NCBI GenBank assembly: GCA_964016885.1
Contig: OZ024740.1
Coordinates: forward strand, 168,392,001-168,456,000
DNA: 64,000 bases
Source: Eledone cirrhosa
Lineage: Eukaryota
Direction: 5' to 3'
The position numbers and the translations under genes are program-made. Of this stretch, positions 1-12,075 are shown piece after piece; position 1 is the first letter of the stretch; each line of letters starts with the position of its first letter. A model generated the notes under the pieces. The model saw only the letters and a program-made list of their open reading frames with translations, was not told the origin of the DNA and did not search any database.

Positions 1-37
1 CTAAGAGTGAGAAATGAAATTTCGTTTCATTTTTTCC

Positions 38-85
<48 letters not shown>

Positions 86-248
86 TGAATGTGTGAGTAT
101 GTTCGTGAATGTGCGTTTATTAATGTGTGCGTCTGTATATTTTGCATTTGTTCACGGTATCTTTATATATGTGAGTGGGGCTTATATTTGTGTGTGTGTG
201 TGTGTGCATGCATGTATATATATATGTGTGTGTGCGTATGCGTGTTTG

Positions 249-535
249 AGGGCGCATGGCTTAATAGTGAGTTCGGTTCAAGGTCATGTGTTCGTTCCAG
301 GTGGCGCGTTCTGTCCTTAAGCAAAACATTCTATTTCATGTTTGCTCATGTTTACTCCGCTGTAAAAAGTTAATTGAACTTGTAATTAAAAGAAACTAGC
401 CTTGCCACACATAATGTCACGCTGAATCTCCCTCAGAATTACGTTAAAAGACACACGTATGTATGTAATGCTCAGCCACCTGCATATTAATTTAATGAGC
501 AAGCTGTTCCGTTAATCGAAAAACGGAAACACTAG
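249..535 (+). mobile_element. tRNA-derived SINE, family 2 (CORE-like), diverged
   Basis: A-box-like tggcttaatagtg, then gtccttaagcaaaacattctatttcatg core; related copies at about 20745-20815, 32145-32420, 34855-35110 (-) and 48065-48320. Confidence 0.6.
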
Positions 536-1099
536 GGCGTTTCATATTTATAGAGAAAACGTTTTTTGCTGGAATCACTTCATGTCGATTGCACCCTGAA
601 TCCATTTCACATAACAGCTACACAAGCGAAAGGACGAGAAGATATGAATATATTTAGGGGTTGCATAGTTCGGTGTTTTCTTAATGCTATACTAAAAAAT
701 GAAAAAAACATTTATTTCGACACATTTTGATTGTAGCCAGGTTGCATGTTTTGTCTATTTTTCTCTGTGTACATGCAGGAGATGTTTCTACCGTTTAAAT
801 CAACCATAAACTTAAACTAAGTGTTAAGAAATAATTTTACATCGGTGATTTGTTCTCATTGTTTTCATTATTCGTTCAAAGAAGAATTATTTCGTATTAT
901 GTTGATGGAGTGAGTTTTTCGATATTTGTTTTGATATTTCAATAAGATAATGAGTTAATCAGATTCTAATGCGAGGTTCATTGCATTGTTGGTTCAAGTG
1001 CTAGTTTTGCTATCGAGTGGTAAACACATTGATTTTCGTCAAGTTCCATCCAATGTTATAAAGTCACAAAATCATTTTCTTATCTTGTTTTTCATAGTC

Positions 1100-1994
1100 T
1101 GAACGGATTCCAGAAATATAATGAAAACTGACATTCAGAATGCCATGTTAAAACGATGGCAAGAGAAATCCTTATATGGCCATTACCCCAAAAAGCTAAA
1201 TAGAAAGGAAGTAGACAAAGAAAACACACAAAACTGGTTCCGAAACACTGGACTAAAAGCTGAGATGGAAAGATTTCCAATTGCAGCGCAGGACCAGAGT
1301 CTACCTACCAGAAACTACCAGAAGTACATAATGAAACATAGCACTATAAGTAACTGGAGAATATGTAGAGATAATAAAGAAACAATCAACTACATAGTCT
1401 CTGGATGCCCAGTACTAGCCAAAAAGGAATATATCCATAGGCATGATAGAGTTGGAACCTTCATACACTGGAAATTATGCCAGCATTAGGAAATACCAAC
1501 AGAAAAAATATGGTATAAACATATACCAGAAAAAGCGTCAGAGAATGACAAAGCAACTATTCTCTGGGATATGCCAATACATACAAACAGAGAGATCAAG
1601 GCCAACCGACCAGATATTATAGTCAAAGATCACAAAGAAAAAATATGCCTTCTAATAGATGTATCTATCCCCACAGACGACAATATATCTTCCAAGGAAA
1701 TAGAGAAACTCTCCAAATATATAGATCTAGAGATAGAAATAACTCGACTGTGGAAAATGAAAACAATACCTATAATAATAGGTCCTCTAGGGATGATAAA
1801 AGAAAAACACTGACAAATACATAGCCAAATATATACAGCATACAAAAGATAGCACTACTAGGCACTGCACAGATATTACGAAAAGTAGATCAATACAATA
1901 AAACCAACATCAGCAAAAACTACACTGCTCCTACCCAAGGCGCACAGAGCTGTGCTCTGTAAAGCAGTAATGGTGCGCAAAAAAAATTAAAAAA

Positions 1995-2047
<53 letters not shown>
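1100..2047 (+). mobile_element. 3' fragment of an R4/Dong-type (RLE) non-LTR retrotransposon with (TTA)n tail
   Basis: ORFs 1121-1489 and 1571-1813: AAQDQSLPTRNY, degenerate zinc knuckle (RIC...ETINYIVSGC...RHD), RLE motif ANRPDI...LIDVSIP.D...KE.EKLSKY; (TTA)n at 1996-2047. Confidence 0.85.
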
Positions 2048-2048
<1 letters not shown>

Positions 2049-2843
2049 TCTTTATTGGCCTCAAGGGCTGACATCAAGAAAAACATTACAGACGGCACAG
2101 GACGGTACGATGTGGGTTTTGTGCGTGTAAAGAGTTTTATTATTTATATAAGAAAAGAAAAAAAAGACATAGAAACATATATATATATATAAACAATGAA
2201 AATGAAAATTGAAACAATGAAAAATTCCCCAATAAGGGGGAAACCTCCGAGGGTTACACGTGGCGAAAACCACACAAAAGACCACGACCACCCTGACCAC
2301 CAGGGCAAGCGCCCTCTCTCAATTTTTCCATTTCTCAAACTACAGGCGTATATTCAGAGCGGTCCCGTTCACTCGGACCATTCTCGCTACATTCACCCAC
2401 CTTTCAACAAACTTGCTAGAAGGCAGCACTTGCCTCTCCACCCTGATTTCCCTCTTCAAGTGAAACTTGAAAAAGTTAATTAGGGATTCTCCGAAGAGGA
2501 AAGTGTCTGTCATTAACCCATTCAACCTTGTCCATCACACAATCTCTTTCGCCATGGCCACCAGGCAGATGAAAGCCGCCTGCCCTTCCTCCTCGAAGAA
2601 AGACGGCGAAACCATCTGCACAATGGACTCAGTCGATAACCGGATCAGTCCTACACGCGACAGCAACTGTTCGACATAGCTCCACAAGTCAGCAATGCTC
2701 GGGCACTGAACGAGTGCGTGCACGACGGTTTCGTCGCTCTGCGCGCATCTCGGACAGGCTCGGCTGACGGCACTTCCGTGCCTGTAGAGCTTATCTCGAA
2801 CCGGCAACGTTCCCCGGTAGCACTGCCATGCCAGGGATTTTGG
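2048..2843 (-). mobile_element. Tx1-clade LINE, 5'-truncated copy 1
   Basis: C-terminal zf-RVT-like CPRC..SDETVVHALVQC, 3' UTR with AATAAA; homologous to copies 2 and 3. Confidence 0.85.
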
Positions 2844-2856
2844 GAATAATAATAAT

Positions 2857-4845
2857 GCTTTCTTTATTAACCTCAAAGGTTTACACAAAGTAGACATTAA
2901 GGACAGTAGAGGACAATACAGGACGGTACAAATGGGCATTTCTGCGTGTAAAAAAACAAAAAACAGAGGATGTAATAATAGAACAATGAAAAAATTCCCC
3001 AATAGGGGGGAGACTTCCGAGGGACATTCGTGGAGAAAGCCCATTAAAAAGCCACAGTGACCCTGACCACCAGGGCAAGTGCCCTCTCCCAGTTTTCCAC
3101 CTTTAATTTACAGACACATACTCAGAGTAGGCCCATTCACTCGGGCCATTCTTGCCTCTCTCACCCATCTTTCAACAAAATGCTGGGAAGAGAGCACTTC
3201 CCTATCTACCCTGATTTTCCTTTTCAAATGAAATTTGAAAAAGTTAATCAGGGCATCACCGAAGAGGTAAGTGCTCGTCTTCAGCCCTTTCAAACATGTC
3301 CACCATACTATCTCTTTCGCCATGGCCACCAGACAGATAAAAACTGCCTGCCCTTCCCGGCTAAAGGAAGAGAGCGGGGCAATCCTCACGATGGACTCAG
3401 CTGATTGCTGGATCCGTCCTACACGCGACAGCAGGTGTTCGACATAAACCCACAAGTCAGCAATGCTCGGACACTGGACGAGTGCGTGCAGGACGGTTTC
3501 GTCGCCCTGCGCGCATCTCGGACATGCCCGGCTGACGGCACCTCCATGTCTGTAGAGTTTATCCCGAACTGGCAAAGCTCCTCGGTAGCACTGCCAGGCC
3601 AGGGATTTCTGTAAGTTGTCCATAGGCCCCGGCCCGAAAGTTCTTCCGAAGAGATTGGCTAGTTGATTTTCGTCGACGCCTAGAGTTTCCCCAAGTACGT
3701 CGTCGCTCTTCCCCTCCACTAATCCTCTATAGAACGCCAAGGTGGAGTTTCCACCGATCACATTGCCCGATTGGCCGAGGGCTGTGAGCGCCTGAAGACA
3801 TTCCTGTCTCCAAGCGCTCCCTCTCGGTCTTCGCTTGACCCAGGACTGCAGCTCCGTCAAGGAGACGAGCTGGGGAAAGACGCGTCTAGCAAATGGCGAC
3901 TACACCTGAGCACCGTCGAGGAAGAGGTGGAGATGTCGTAGCCTGAGCGCGTGTCTGCGCATCATCAGCCACGGCTGCCCAGCCCTCCACGTAGCGGGTG
4001 TTGACAGCAGATGGACCGTCTGACCATCGGAGCGCGTCCCTTCCACAAAAAGCGAAAGAGAAAACGCTCCAGCGTAGTCAGGCGGGGCTTAGGACAAGGT
4101 ACGACGGTCAGGCGGTAGTAGATGACGGGCGTTAGCCACCTCCGCTCGACCTTTCAGGGATAGCTTCCTCTCGGCCCATTTCTGGGTGAGAGAAGCCACC
4201 CTGCTCGTCACCTCGTCCCAGTTTTTGCAGGTTGGTGAGCATAGACGGCCACTAGCCTGAAAGCTTGCCCGTCTCCGCTGGTCACGTCCAGCACCACCAA
4301 CTTACCCTCGTGGTGGCGTCAGTGGTGTTCGGTGTGGAAGAGTTCATTTTGGCTGAATTCGTTTCGAAATCACGAGATAATTTATTTTTTCTTTTGTTTG
4401 TTGTTGCTGTGGTGTGGTGGGGGTGGCGGCTTCAACACCTGCAGTCATTGGTAATGGCGGGAAATGAATGTCTGCCTGAGACAAATTTAAAATATTGCTA
4501 CTGCTTATATTTTTATAAGCAGTAGCAACTAGTGTTGGCAAACGTAGTAATATTTACAATGGTGGTGTCGGTGTGAGGTGTTAGTTTGTGAGGAAGGCTC
4601 TCAGCTACTGGGTTCAGCTGTGAGTCGGCCATGATTTTTCAAAGAAATTATTTTTTGTTTGATAATTATAAAAATTTAAATTTTGGGCTCAAGGCCACAA
4701 TCTTTTTGAGTGTCCTTTTCAGAAATCAATGTATGTACACTTATATACAGTTAACAATAAAAAAATTCCATAAATGGCAATTTTAAACAACTGAAAATAA
4801 CAAACCTTTGCGGAGCTCACGATAATACGATTTAATACGTAGGTT
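2857..4845 (-). mobile_element. Tx1-clade LINE, internally deleted copy 2
   Basis: ORF 3108-3860 (C-terminal domain), post-RT region to about 4225, jump to a short APE fragment (4226-4340) and ORF1/5' remnants; bounded by (AAT)n on both sides. Confidence 0.8.
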
Positions 4846-4848
4846 GCC

Positions 4849-4898
<50 letters not shown>

Positions 4899-4902
4899 TA
4901 AT

Positions 4903-7900
4903 GGTTTCTTTATTGGCCACAAGGGCTAACATGAAGAAAAAAATTATAGACGGCACAGAACGTTTCAGGACGATACAAAGTGGGTTTTGGCCGTGTAAAA
5001 AGGTTATAACAAGACAGAAACGTGTAAAAACAAATTTAAAAATTCAAACAACAAAAATTCCCCAAAAGAGGGAAACCTCCAAGGGTCACTCGTGGCGAAA
5101 ACCACACAAAAGACCACGGCCACCCTGACCACCAGGGCAAGCGCCCTCTCTCAGTTTTCCCACTCCTCAGTCTACAGGTGCATACTCAGAGTGGGCCCGT
5201 TACTCGGACCAGACTCGCCAGTTTCACCCACCTTTTAACAAACTTACTAGAAGACAGCACTTGCCTGTCCATCCTCATTTTCCTCTTCAAGTAAGGATGG
5301 TGGGGCTATCTGCACAATGGACTCAGTCGATAACCGGATCCGTCCTAGACGCGACAGCAACTATTCGACATAGCTCCACAAGCTAGCAATTCTCGGGCAC
5401 TGAACGAGTGCGTGCACGACGGTTTCGTCGCCCTGCGCGCATCCCGGACAGGCTCGGCTGACAGCACTTCCGTGCCTGTAGATCTTACCCGAACCGGCAA
5501 CGGTCCCCGGTAGCACTGCCAGGCCAGGGATTTCTGGAAATTGTCCTTTACCCTCGGGCTGAAAGTTCTCTTGAAGAGAGCAAACAGCTGATCGTCTTCG
5601 ACATCCAGGGTCACCCCGAGAACGTCGTCGCTCTTCCCCTCCACTAGTCCTCTATAGAACGCCGAGGTGGATGTTCCACCGATATCAGTGCCCAACTCGT
5701 AGAGGGCGGTGAGCGCTTGGAGACATTCCAGCTTCCAAGCGCTATCGCTCGCTCTTTTCCTGATCTAGGACTGCAGCTCCGTCAATGAGACGAGCTGGGG
5801 AAAAGCGTGTCTGGCTAACAGAGACCACACCTGTTCACCGTCAAGGAAGCACCAGAGATGTCGCAGCCTCAGCGCATTGTTGTGCACCATCAGCCATGAC
5901 ATGCCCAGTCCTCCACGCAACTGGTACTGACAGCAGATGGATCGTCTGACCATGGGAACACGTCCCTTCCACAAAAAGCGGAAGAGAAGGCGCTCCATTT
6001 TGGTCAGAGTTCGACGGTGGCAAGGTACGACGGTCAGGCGGTAGCAGATGACGGACGCGATGTACGCATTCGCCTCCTCCGACCGACCTTTCAGAGACAG
6101 CCTCCTCTCGGCCCATTTCTGGGTGAGAGAACCCACCCTGCTCGGCACCTTGGTCCAATTTTTCTCCATCTGGAGGTCCGGACCGAACTAGACCCCGAGT
6201 AATTTAACCGGTCCTTCCGTCCAGCGCCCCACGACGTTGTCGGACGGCATGGACTTGCCTCTCCAGGTGCCGAGTTGCAAGCCCACCGACTTTTCTGATT
6301 TATCTTTGCTCCTGTCACCGCTTCTTATTCCGTGAGAGCAGTGCCAAGCACCTGGACGTATTTGGTTCTCGACACCATCACCGTGACATCGTCAGCGTAA
6401 GCCGACACGGATCTCCCACATCCCAGTTCGTGAGGGACCCCTTCATGATCTCCAATTTGTGCAGTAATGGCTCGAGGGCCAATACGTACAAGAGGGATGA
6501 GAGGGGACAAACCTGGCGGACCGAGCGCATGATGCTGAACGGCTGCGACAGGTGACCATTCGCCCTCACAATCGAGCTGATGTCGCTGTGCATCGCAGCG
6601 ATCCAGTCCCTAAAAACGGGCCCGAAGCCGGCCACCTCGAGGACAGCAGCCAGGTACCGATGGTCAACCCTATCAAATGCTTTAGATTGATCCAAGTTGA
6701 TCAGGGCCCCACCCTGGATGACCCAATGCGGTTTGCCCATGTCCACATTAGCACATTCGGATAATCCAGTCGATACCTGTCAGACAGTTCAAAACGTCTG
6801 AGCAGGCTGGTGAGGCCTTTACACCCTCCTCCTCTGTCTACTAACCCCACATAATCCCAGCGTGCATCTAAGATGCCGTCCCAATCGCCTACTAACACTA
6901 AAAAGCGGGACGTTCCAAGAAAGGTCTCCAGACGTCTGAAGAAATCTGGCCATCCTGCCCCTGTTGGAGCGTAGACGATTACTAGCCTGAAAGCACTGCC
7001 TTCGCTGCCGGTCACGACCAGCATCACAGACTTACCTTCTGGGTTCAGGAAGATGACCCGTATGGCGAGATCCAAGCCTCTCCGAAAAAACACAGCAACT
7101 CCTCCTCCCGATCCCGGACGACTGGGAGATACGTATACATCGTAGCCGCCGAAGATCGGTGCGAAGGCTCGTGTTTCGGAGATTCTGGTCTCGCTGATGG
7201 CCACCACATCTATGTTTAGTGACCTGGGGTCGTTCAGTAGGTGACCCTGCTTCCAAGATGACCCAGGCTACGTACATTTATACTGCCTATTCTAAGTACG
7301 GCCATGCTGGATGAGGAAACTGGGTAAGTGAGAAAGGATCACTTACCTTGATCGTGTGGGGAAGGGACAATAGAACCGTCCCTTCCGCTGGTCATGGGTG
7401 TCTCCAAGATGATATCTGTATATATTCTTTTGGAGAGTGACCCCCTGAAATCTCCAATTTTTGCTTTAATTGTTTATAGTCTTCCAGTTTAATTTCGACA
7501 ATTGTAATGTTTTTGGGTAATGTTCTTGGTGTTGGTGGGTGTGTGGTAATTTGAGTCTCTAATGTCTGTGTGTTGTTTTATATGTTCCATTAATCCTTTG
7601 TGTGTGATATTTATGGCTGTGTACTTTTTTTTTTGGGGGGGGGCTGTTTTCTTGTTGTTGCTGTTGGGTGTGTGTGCTTTGTTGTGTTTGCGATGTTTGT
7701 GTTTAGGTGATGCTGGTGGCGTTGTGGTTGTTGTTGGTGATGATGCTTGTGATGGTGGTGGTGTTGCTGCAAGTCTCCTTACAGTCTTTATCCCTCTTTC
7801 TTTGCCTTCGCTTTTGGAGGGAGAAGCTGTGGTATTTTTGTGTTTGTTCTTTTTGTTGACAACCGTTTTCCACTCCTCAGCCGCCTCATACTCCATGTCC

Positions 7901-9435
7901 GACTGTGAGAGGTCGGGGAGGGGTATGAGTTCTACCCTCTCATCTGTCTTTGTTGTTGTTGGTGGTGGTGGTGGAGCCTGGTCTGCCGTTCTTGGCACAG
8001 GTGCAGCTAGTGCAACTGTTTCTGTTGATGCAGCTGCCGCCGCTGTTTTTGTTGTCCGTGGCTTTGGTCTGGGTGCCACGGACGTTGTCCTCCTACTCTC
8101 TGTAGAAGCTCCCGACTTTTTCGCTGACTGCTCTGTTTCTGATGGCAGCGGTTCCGGTGTCGGAAGGAGGGGGACCTTGGCCTTTGTTATTTTCTGTGGG
8201 CTGAAAGTCCTGAGGTGAGACTTCGATCCCCAGTTGAAGCACTTTGGGCGCCTTCCTTTAACAGATATGGGAAGTTGGGAGCCATTCCCGGGGTCCATTA
8301 CGTCGGGAATAGCGCTGATGCAGTCCTGGTCGGTTTGGATGAGCATCTCCATTCCAATACCGGACCAGTCCTCTCTCCCCAACTTCTGTACCTGCAGAAT
8401 GGTTGTTCTATCCTCGATGCCCGCAAGAACAGACACAAGCAGCCAAGGCACAGGTACGTAGGGCGGAACCTGGGTTACCCTGACCTTTGCAACTTTTTCC
8501 CCGCAGTAAAACGGGACTAATGTTATGTCATCACTCCGTAGGGTCCTCAGTGAGTGCGATTTTGCTTCCTGGGTGGTAGCAAAAAGGACGTCCACAGTAG
8601 CATATTTCTTGCCACGAGTGATGTGGGTTTTCCGTGCCCACACAATTCTCAAGGCCTCCGAGGCTCTCTCCACACGACGCGATTTCGTGTCAATCCTGAG
8701 GTATGACACTGTGCGTTGCACTTGTTCCTCCAGGAAGTCGGTTGGTGGTTTCAAGGACACTGAAAATTTAGTTCTGGTTACAATGTGTCTTGCGACCACC
8801 ATCTCCTCCTCTGTAATCAGGACTGTTTCTACGTGGCGAGCCACCTTTGCAAAAGAGATGGTCCCTTTTACAGTGGCGTCATTGTTGCCACCGCTACTGC
8901 AGCTACTAGTCTTGTTGTTGTTGTTGTTGCTGTTGTTGTTGTCACTGCTACAAACGGTGTTATTGTTGTTGCTGCTGCTACCACAGGTGTTATTGTTAAT
9001 ACTGCCGCCGCTGCTGCTGCTGCTGCTGCTGCTGCTACCTCCTTTGTTGTCAAATGCATCAGCAGCAGCCGCTTGATGAAGAAGAGAAAGACATGGCCTT
9101 TGCCTGACTTTCACTGTGTGACGATGAAGAAGACGAAAAGGAAAGCGAGACACCACGCTGACATCTGGGTGAAGAAAGAGAAGGTTGAGAAGGATACCTT
9201 GCTGACGGAGTAATTTTTGTGTGGAGACATGTTAGAGAAACAAATTTTTTGAATGACGCCATTTTTTCTTTTTTTTTTTGTTAAATGCAAAGTTCAAATT
9301 GGAATTTAGCCCCCAAGGGCTAAATACCGATTATTTTTGACCACCTCAAAATTTTTACAATAAGTTCGCAATAAAAACTGTTCAAAAATCACAAATTTAC
9401 GGGAACAAAATCTCCTGCGACCTGTATACTTCCAC
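4903..9435 (-). mobile_element. Tx1-clade LINE, copy 3 with both ends, ORF1 and decayed ORF2
   Basis: ORF2 starts MAVLRIGSINVR at 7305; APE motifs (ISETR, VYAP, VGDWD), RT motifs (LDQSKAFDRVDH, RQVCPLS, YADD) with frameshifts and deletions; flanked by (AAT)n at 4849-4902 and 9436-9460. Confidence 0.88.
7489..9262 (-). pseudogene. Tx1 ORF1 (gag-like), frameshifted near the N-terminus
   Basis: 555-codon ORF 7489-9156 plus ATG ORF 9059-9262; decayed CCHC knuckle (KCFNWGSKSHLRTFSP) and Pro/Thr/Lys-rich tail; lies directly upstream of ORF2. Confidence 0.75.
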
Positions 9436-9712
9436 AATAATAATAATAATTATTATTATTATTTTTATTTCTACTCGGCCAAGTACATTAGTACATTATT
9501 TTTTATTTCTACAAGGGTCAAGTACATTAGGAAAGAGCAAAGGACGAAATGTGTGAAATAATTTGAATAACATTCATTCTTAAGATATATTGAAGTCATC
9601 TGTCTCTATTTTCCCCTCCAAAAAATAATAAACATCTGGGAATTAAAAAGATAAACCATGTATATTTGTATAAGTGTGTGTATGTAAAGGTATACACAAA
9701 CACACAACATAC

Positions 9713-9748
<36 letters not shown>

Positions 9749-9765
9749 GTGCACTTATGTATGGA

Positions 9766-9833
<68 letters not shown>

Positions 9834-10258
9834 CATACATAGAGGGAGAAAGAGACCAATAGAAACCATACGAATATATATTATGTATGTATGAACATAC
9901 GTGACTTTTACTGCGATTGTTGGGGCGTGTATTAATTTATTTTATTTAGTTATTTATTAACTAGGAAATGAGACATCATCTAACCATTAGAGGTCAAACG
10001 GCGACAAAATGTTCGACACATCACCGTATGAGGCGGTCAGACGAAAAATGAGGACTTCACTAAATGCCTGGTATAGTGTGAACGATGAAGAAGAATCTCA
10101 GGGATTCCTAACACTCTTGTTATGACGCTGTTTATATCGGTTCTTTGCCAAAGTAAATATTTTTACTAAAATAGACAGACTGTACAGTTGTTTTCTATAA
10201 CTGTCTACTATATATGTATATATATATATCTATGTATATATATGTACATATATATGTG

Positions 10259-10347
<89 letters not shown>

Positions 10348-10351
10348 TTAG

Positions 10352-10409
<58 letters not shown>

Positions 10410-10539
10410 ATATGTATGTGTGAGTGTCTGTGTGTGTTTTAATGTGTTAAGTATTTCCGTAGAAAAGGTATAGGAAAGAAGAGTGCTCTATGTATTGTAC
10501 AGAGCTATTTAATTACATAATAAACAACACAATATAATT

Positions 10540-10611
10540 ATTTCATTACCGAAGGTTTCGAGAAATTAGATGATTCTTGCAGAAACATCTAGTTCATTCG
10601 TCAGACAAAAC
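10540..10611 (-). ncRNA. Type I hammerhead ribozyme motif
   Basis: Minus strand: GTTTTGT-CTGACGA-[stem II with TAGATG/CATCTA]-GAAA-CCTTCGG-TA-ATGAAAT; stem I 7 bp with G-U pairs; predicted GUA cleavage triplet. Confidence 0.7.
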
Positions 10612-10887
10612 CTTCGGTAATGAAATAATTATATAGTGTTGCTTATTATGTAAAAAAATATATACATATATATAGTTGTCAACCTTTCTGTATTTATCGT
10701 TGTTGTGGTATATGTATGGCCACTGCCTTCGATCGTTTTCATTTCTCACCTTTTAACTGTTGTGTTTACTCACAACAGTTAAAAAGTGTATTAACTTTTC
10801 GCCCCATTGAGTGCTTTCTGATTTCCTCAAACAACTCGAATAGTATCTTATCTGCTGTATGGCAGCTACAACTTCCATTTATACCTA

Positions 10888-10947
<60 letters not shown>

Positions 10948-11035
10948 ATAATAATAAAATTGAAGACTAAAGAGGGCTCGATAAGGAAAATATATATCAA
11001 ATATATAAGAACCGTAGAGCAAATATTTATAATAA

Positions 11036-11066
<31 letters not shown>

Positions 11067-11178
11067 AAGTTATATTTAAAATTGTTGGGTTACAACTAGT
11101 TTGAGTGAACCTCTTCAAATGAAGTTGATGTTTATTACGGTATGTCGAATATATTTATCTATAAAACTGTTTATATTG

Positions 11179-11244
11179 TATTTTGTCTGATGAAGGCATA
11201 GCATATTGTTAATATGATATCCCCGAAATATATATAATGAAATA
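11179..11244 (+). ncRNA. Type I hammerhead ribozyme motif (minimal, palindromic stem III)
   Basis: TATTTTGT-CTGATGA-AGGCATAGCATATT gtt AATATGATATCCCC-GAAA-TATATA-TA-ATGAAATA; stem I 8 bp, stem II 14 positions with 3 mismatches. Confidence 0.72.
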
Positions 11245-11322
11245 AATATGGTTTTATAAATATAGTTTTCCATTTATTTAATATTGTATATATATATATA
11301 TATAGATATAGATATATATATA

Positions 11323-11396
<74 letters not shown>

Positions 11397-11398
11397 GT

Positions 11399-11448
11399 TT
11401 TTGTTTGATGACACTGTAATAAACAGGCGAAACTCTAATGTAACAAGA
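11399..11448 (+). ncRNA. Degenerate hammerhead ribozyme motif
   Basis: TTTTGT-TTGATGA (C3U)-caCTGT aataa ACAGgc-GAAA-CtctaatG-TA-ACAAGA; base of stem II mismatched. Confidence 0.4.
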
Positions 11449-11504
11449 CTCACTATTTAGTCTTAATAAAATGAATATATATATATATATATATAATAGT
11501 TAAA

Positions 11505-12075
11505 ACACCCCCACAGGAGAACAGTCAAGCATTAGAAAGAAATGCCATGAAAAGCATCCATGAAATAGCTAACTCTATCCATCAGAGTATTAATATTACC
11601 GTAGACTACCCAACCAAACACCCCGAACATTGACTACCTGTACGAGATACAGAACTCTGGCTAGAAACAATTAGTAATAATACACAGATCCTCCATTCGC
11701 ATTATGCCAAAACCATGGCCTCCTAGTACCTGATCTACCGAAACTCAGCCATTTCGGATAACGTGAAAGTCAACATACTAATTGCTGACTTATAAGAGTG
11801 ATGGAGGTGTGTCCCACCTTTTGGATTGTAAGGAATTAGAAAGACACATATAGCACTTTATCCACCGCATGCAGTTCTCTGGCTACAAGGATTAAGGTGT
11901 ATGAAGGATCAATGGATCAAATGGATCAATGGGACTTGCCCTATTTGGAGGAGCAAATTAGGATAGAGAGAACTAAGAAGACAAATAAGATTAATTAATG
12001 GTATGACAACAAATACCAGAGTGTAATGTTCATCAATGCAAACCCCAGAAGCGAACTAGCATACAGATTTTCAGA
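11505..12075 (+). mobile_element. Penelope-like element RT C-terminal/linker relic
   Basis: Manual translation with stops: IANSIHQSINITVDYPTKHPEH*LPVRDTELW...ILHSHYAKTMAS*YLIYRNSAISDNVKVNILIADL...FIHRMQFSGY...WYDNKYQSVMFINANPRSELA, typical of PLE RT motif 7, thumb and linker. Confidence 0.75.

Larger units (their letters stand above)
9716..11495. repeat. Cluster of long (TA)n/(TG)n microsatellites separated by 80-400 bp cassettes
   Basis: Directly visible tracts at about 9716-9830, 10208-10437, 10889-10943, 11037-11060, 11288-11393 and 11475-11495. Confidence 0.95.

Noticed and set aside
560-700. Possible minus-strand terminal exon (YSIKKTPNY...)
   Set aside because: An acceptor-like site exists but the 38-codon frame has no recognisable homology.
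7562-9213. Long + strand ORFs of 100-218 aa
   Set aside because: Antisense shadows of the Tx1 ORF1 and its triplet repeats.
9965-10170. Possible exon of a second host gene
   Set aside because: Only short frames (under 50 codons) on either strand, no recognisable protein and no linked exons.
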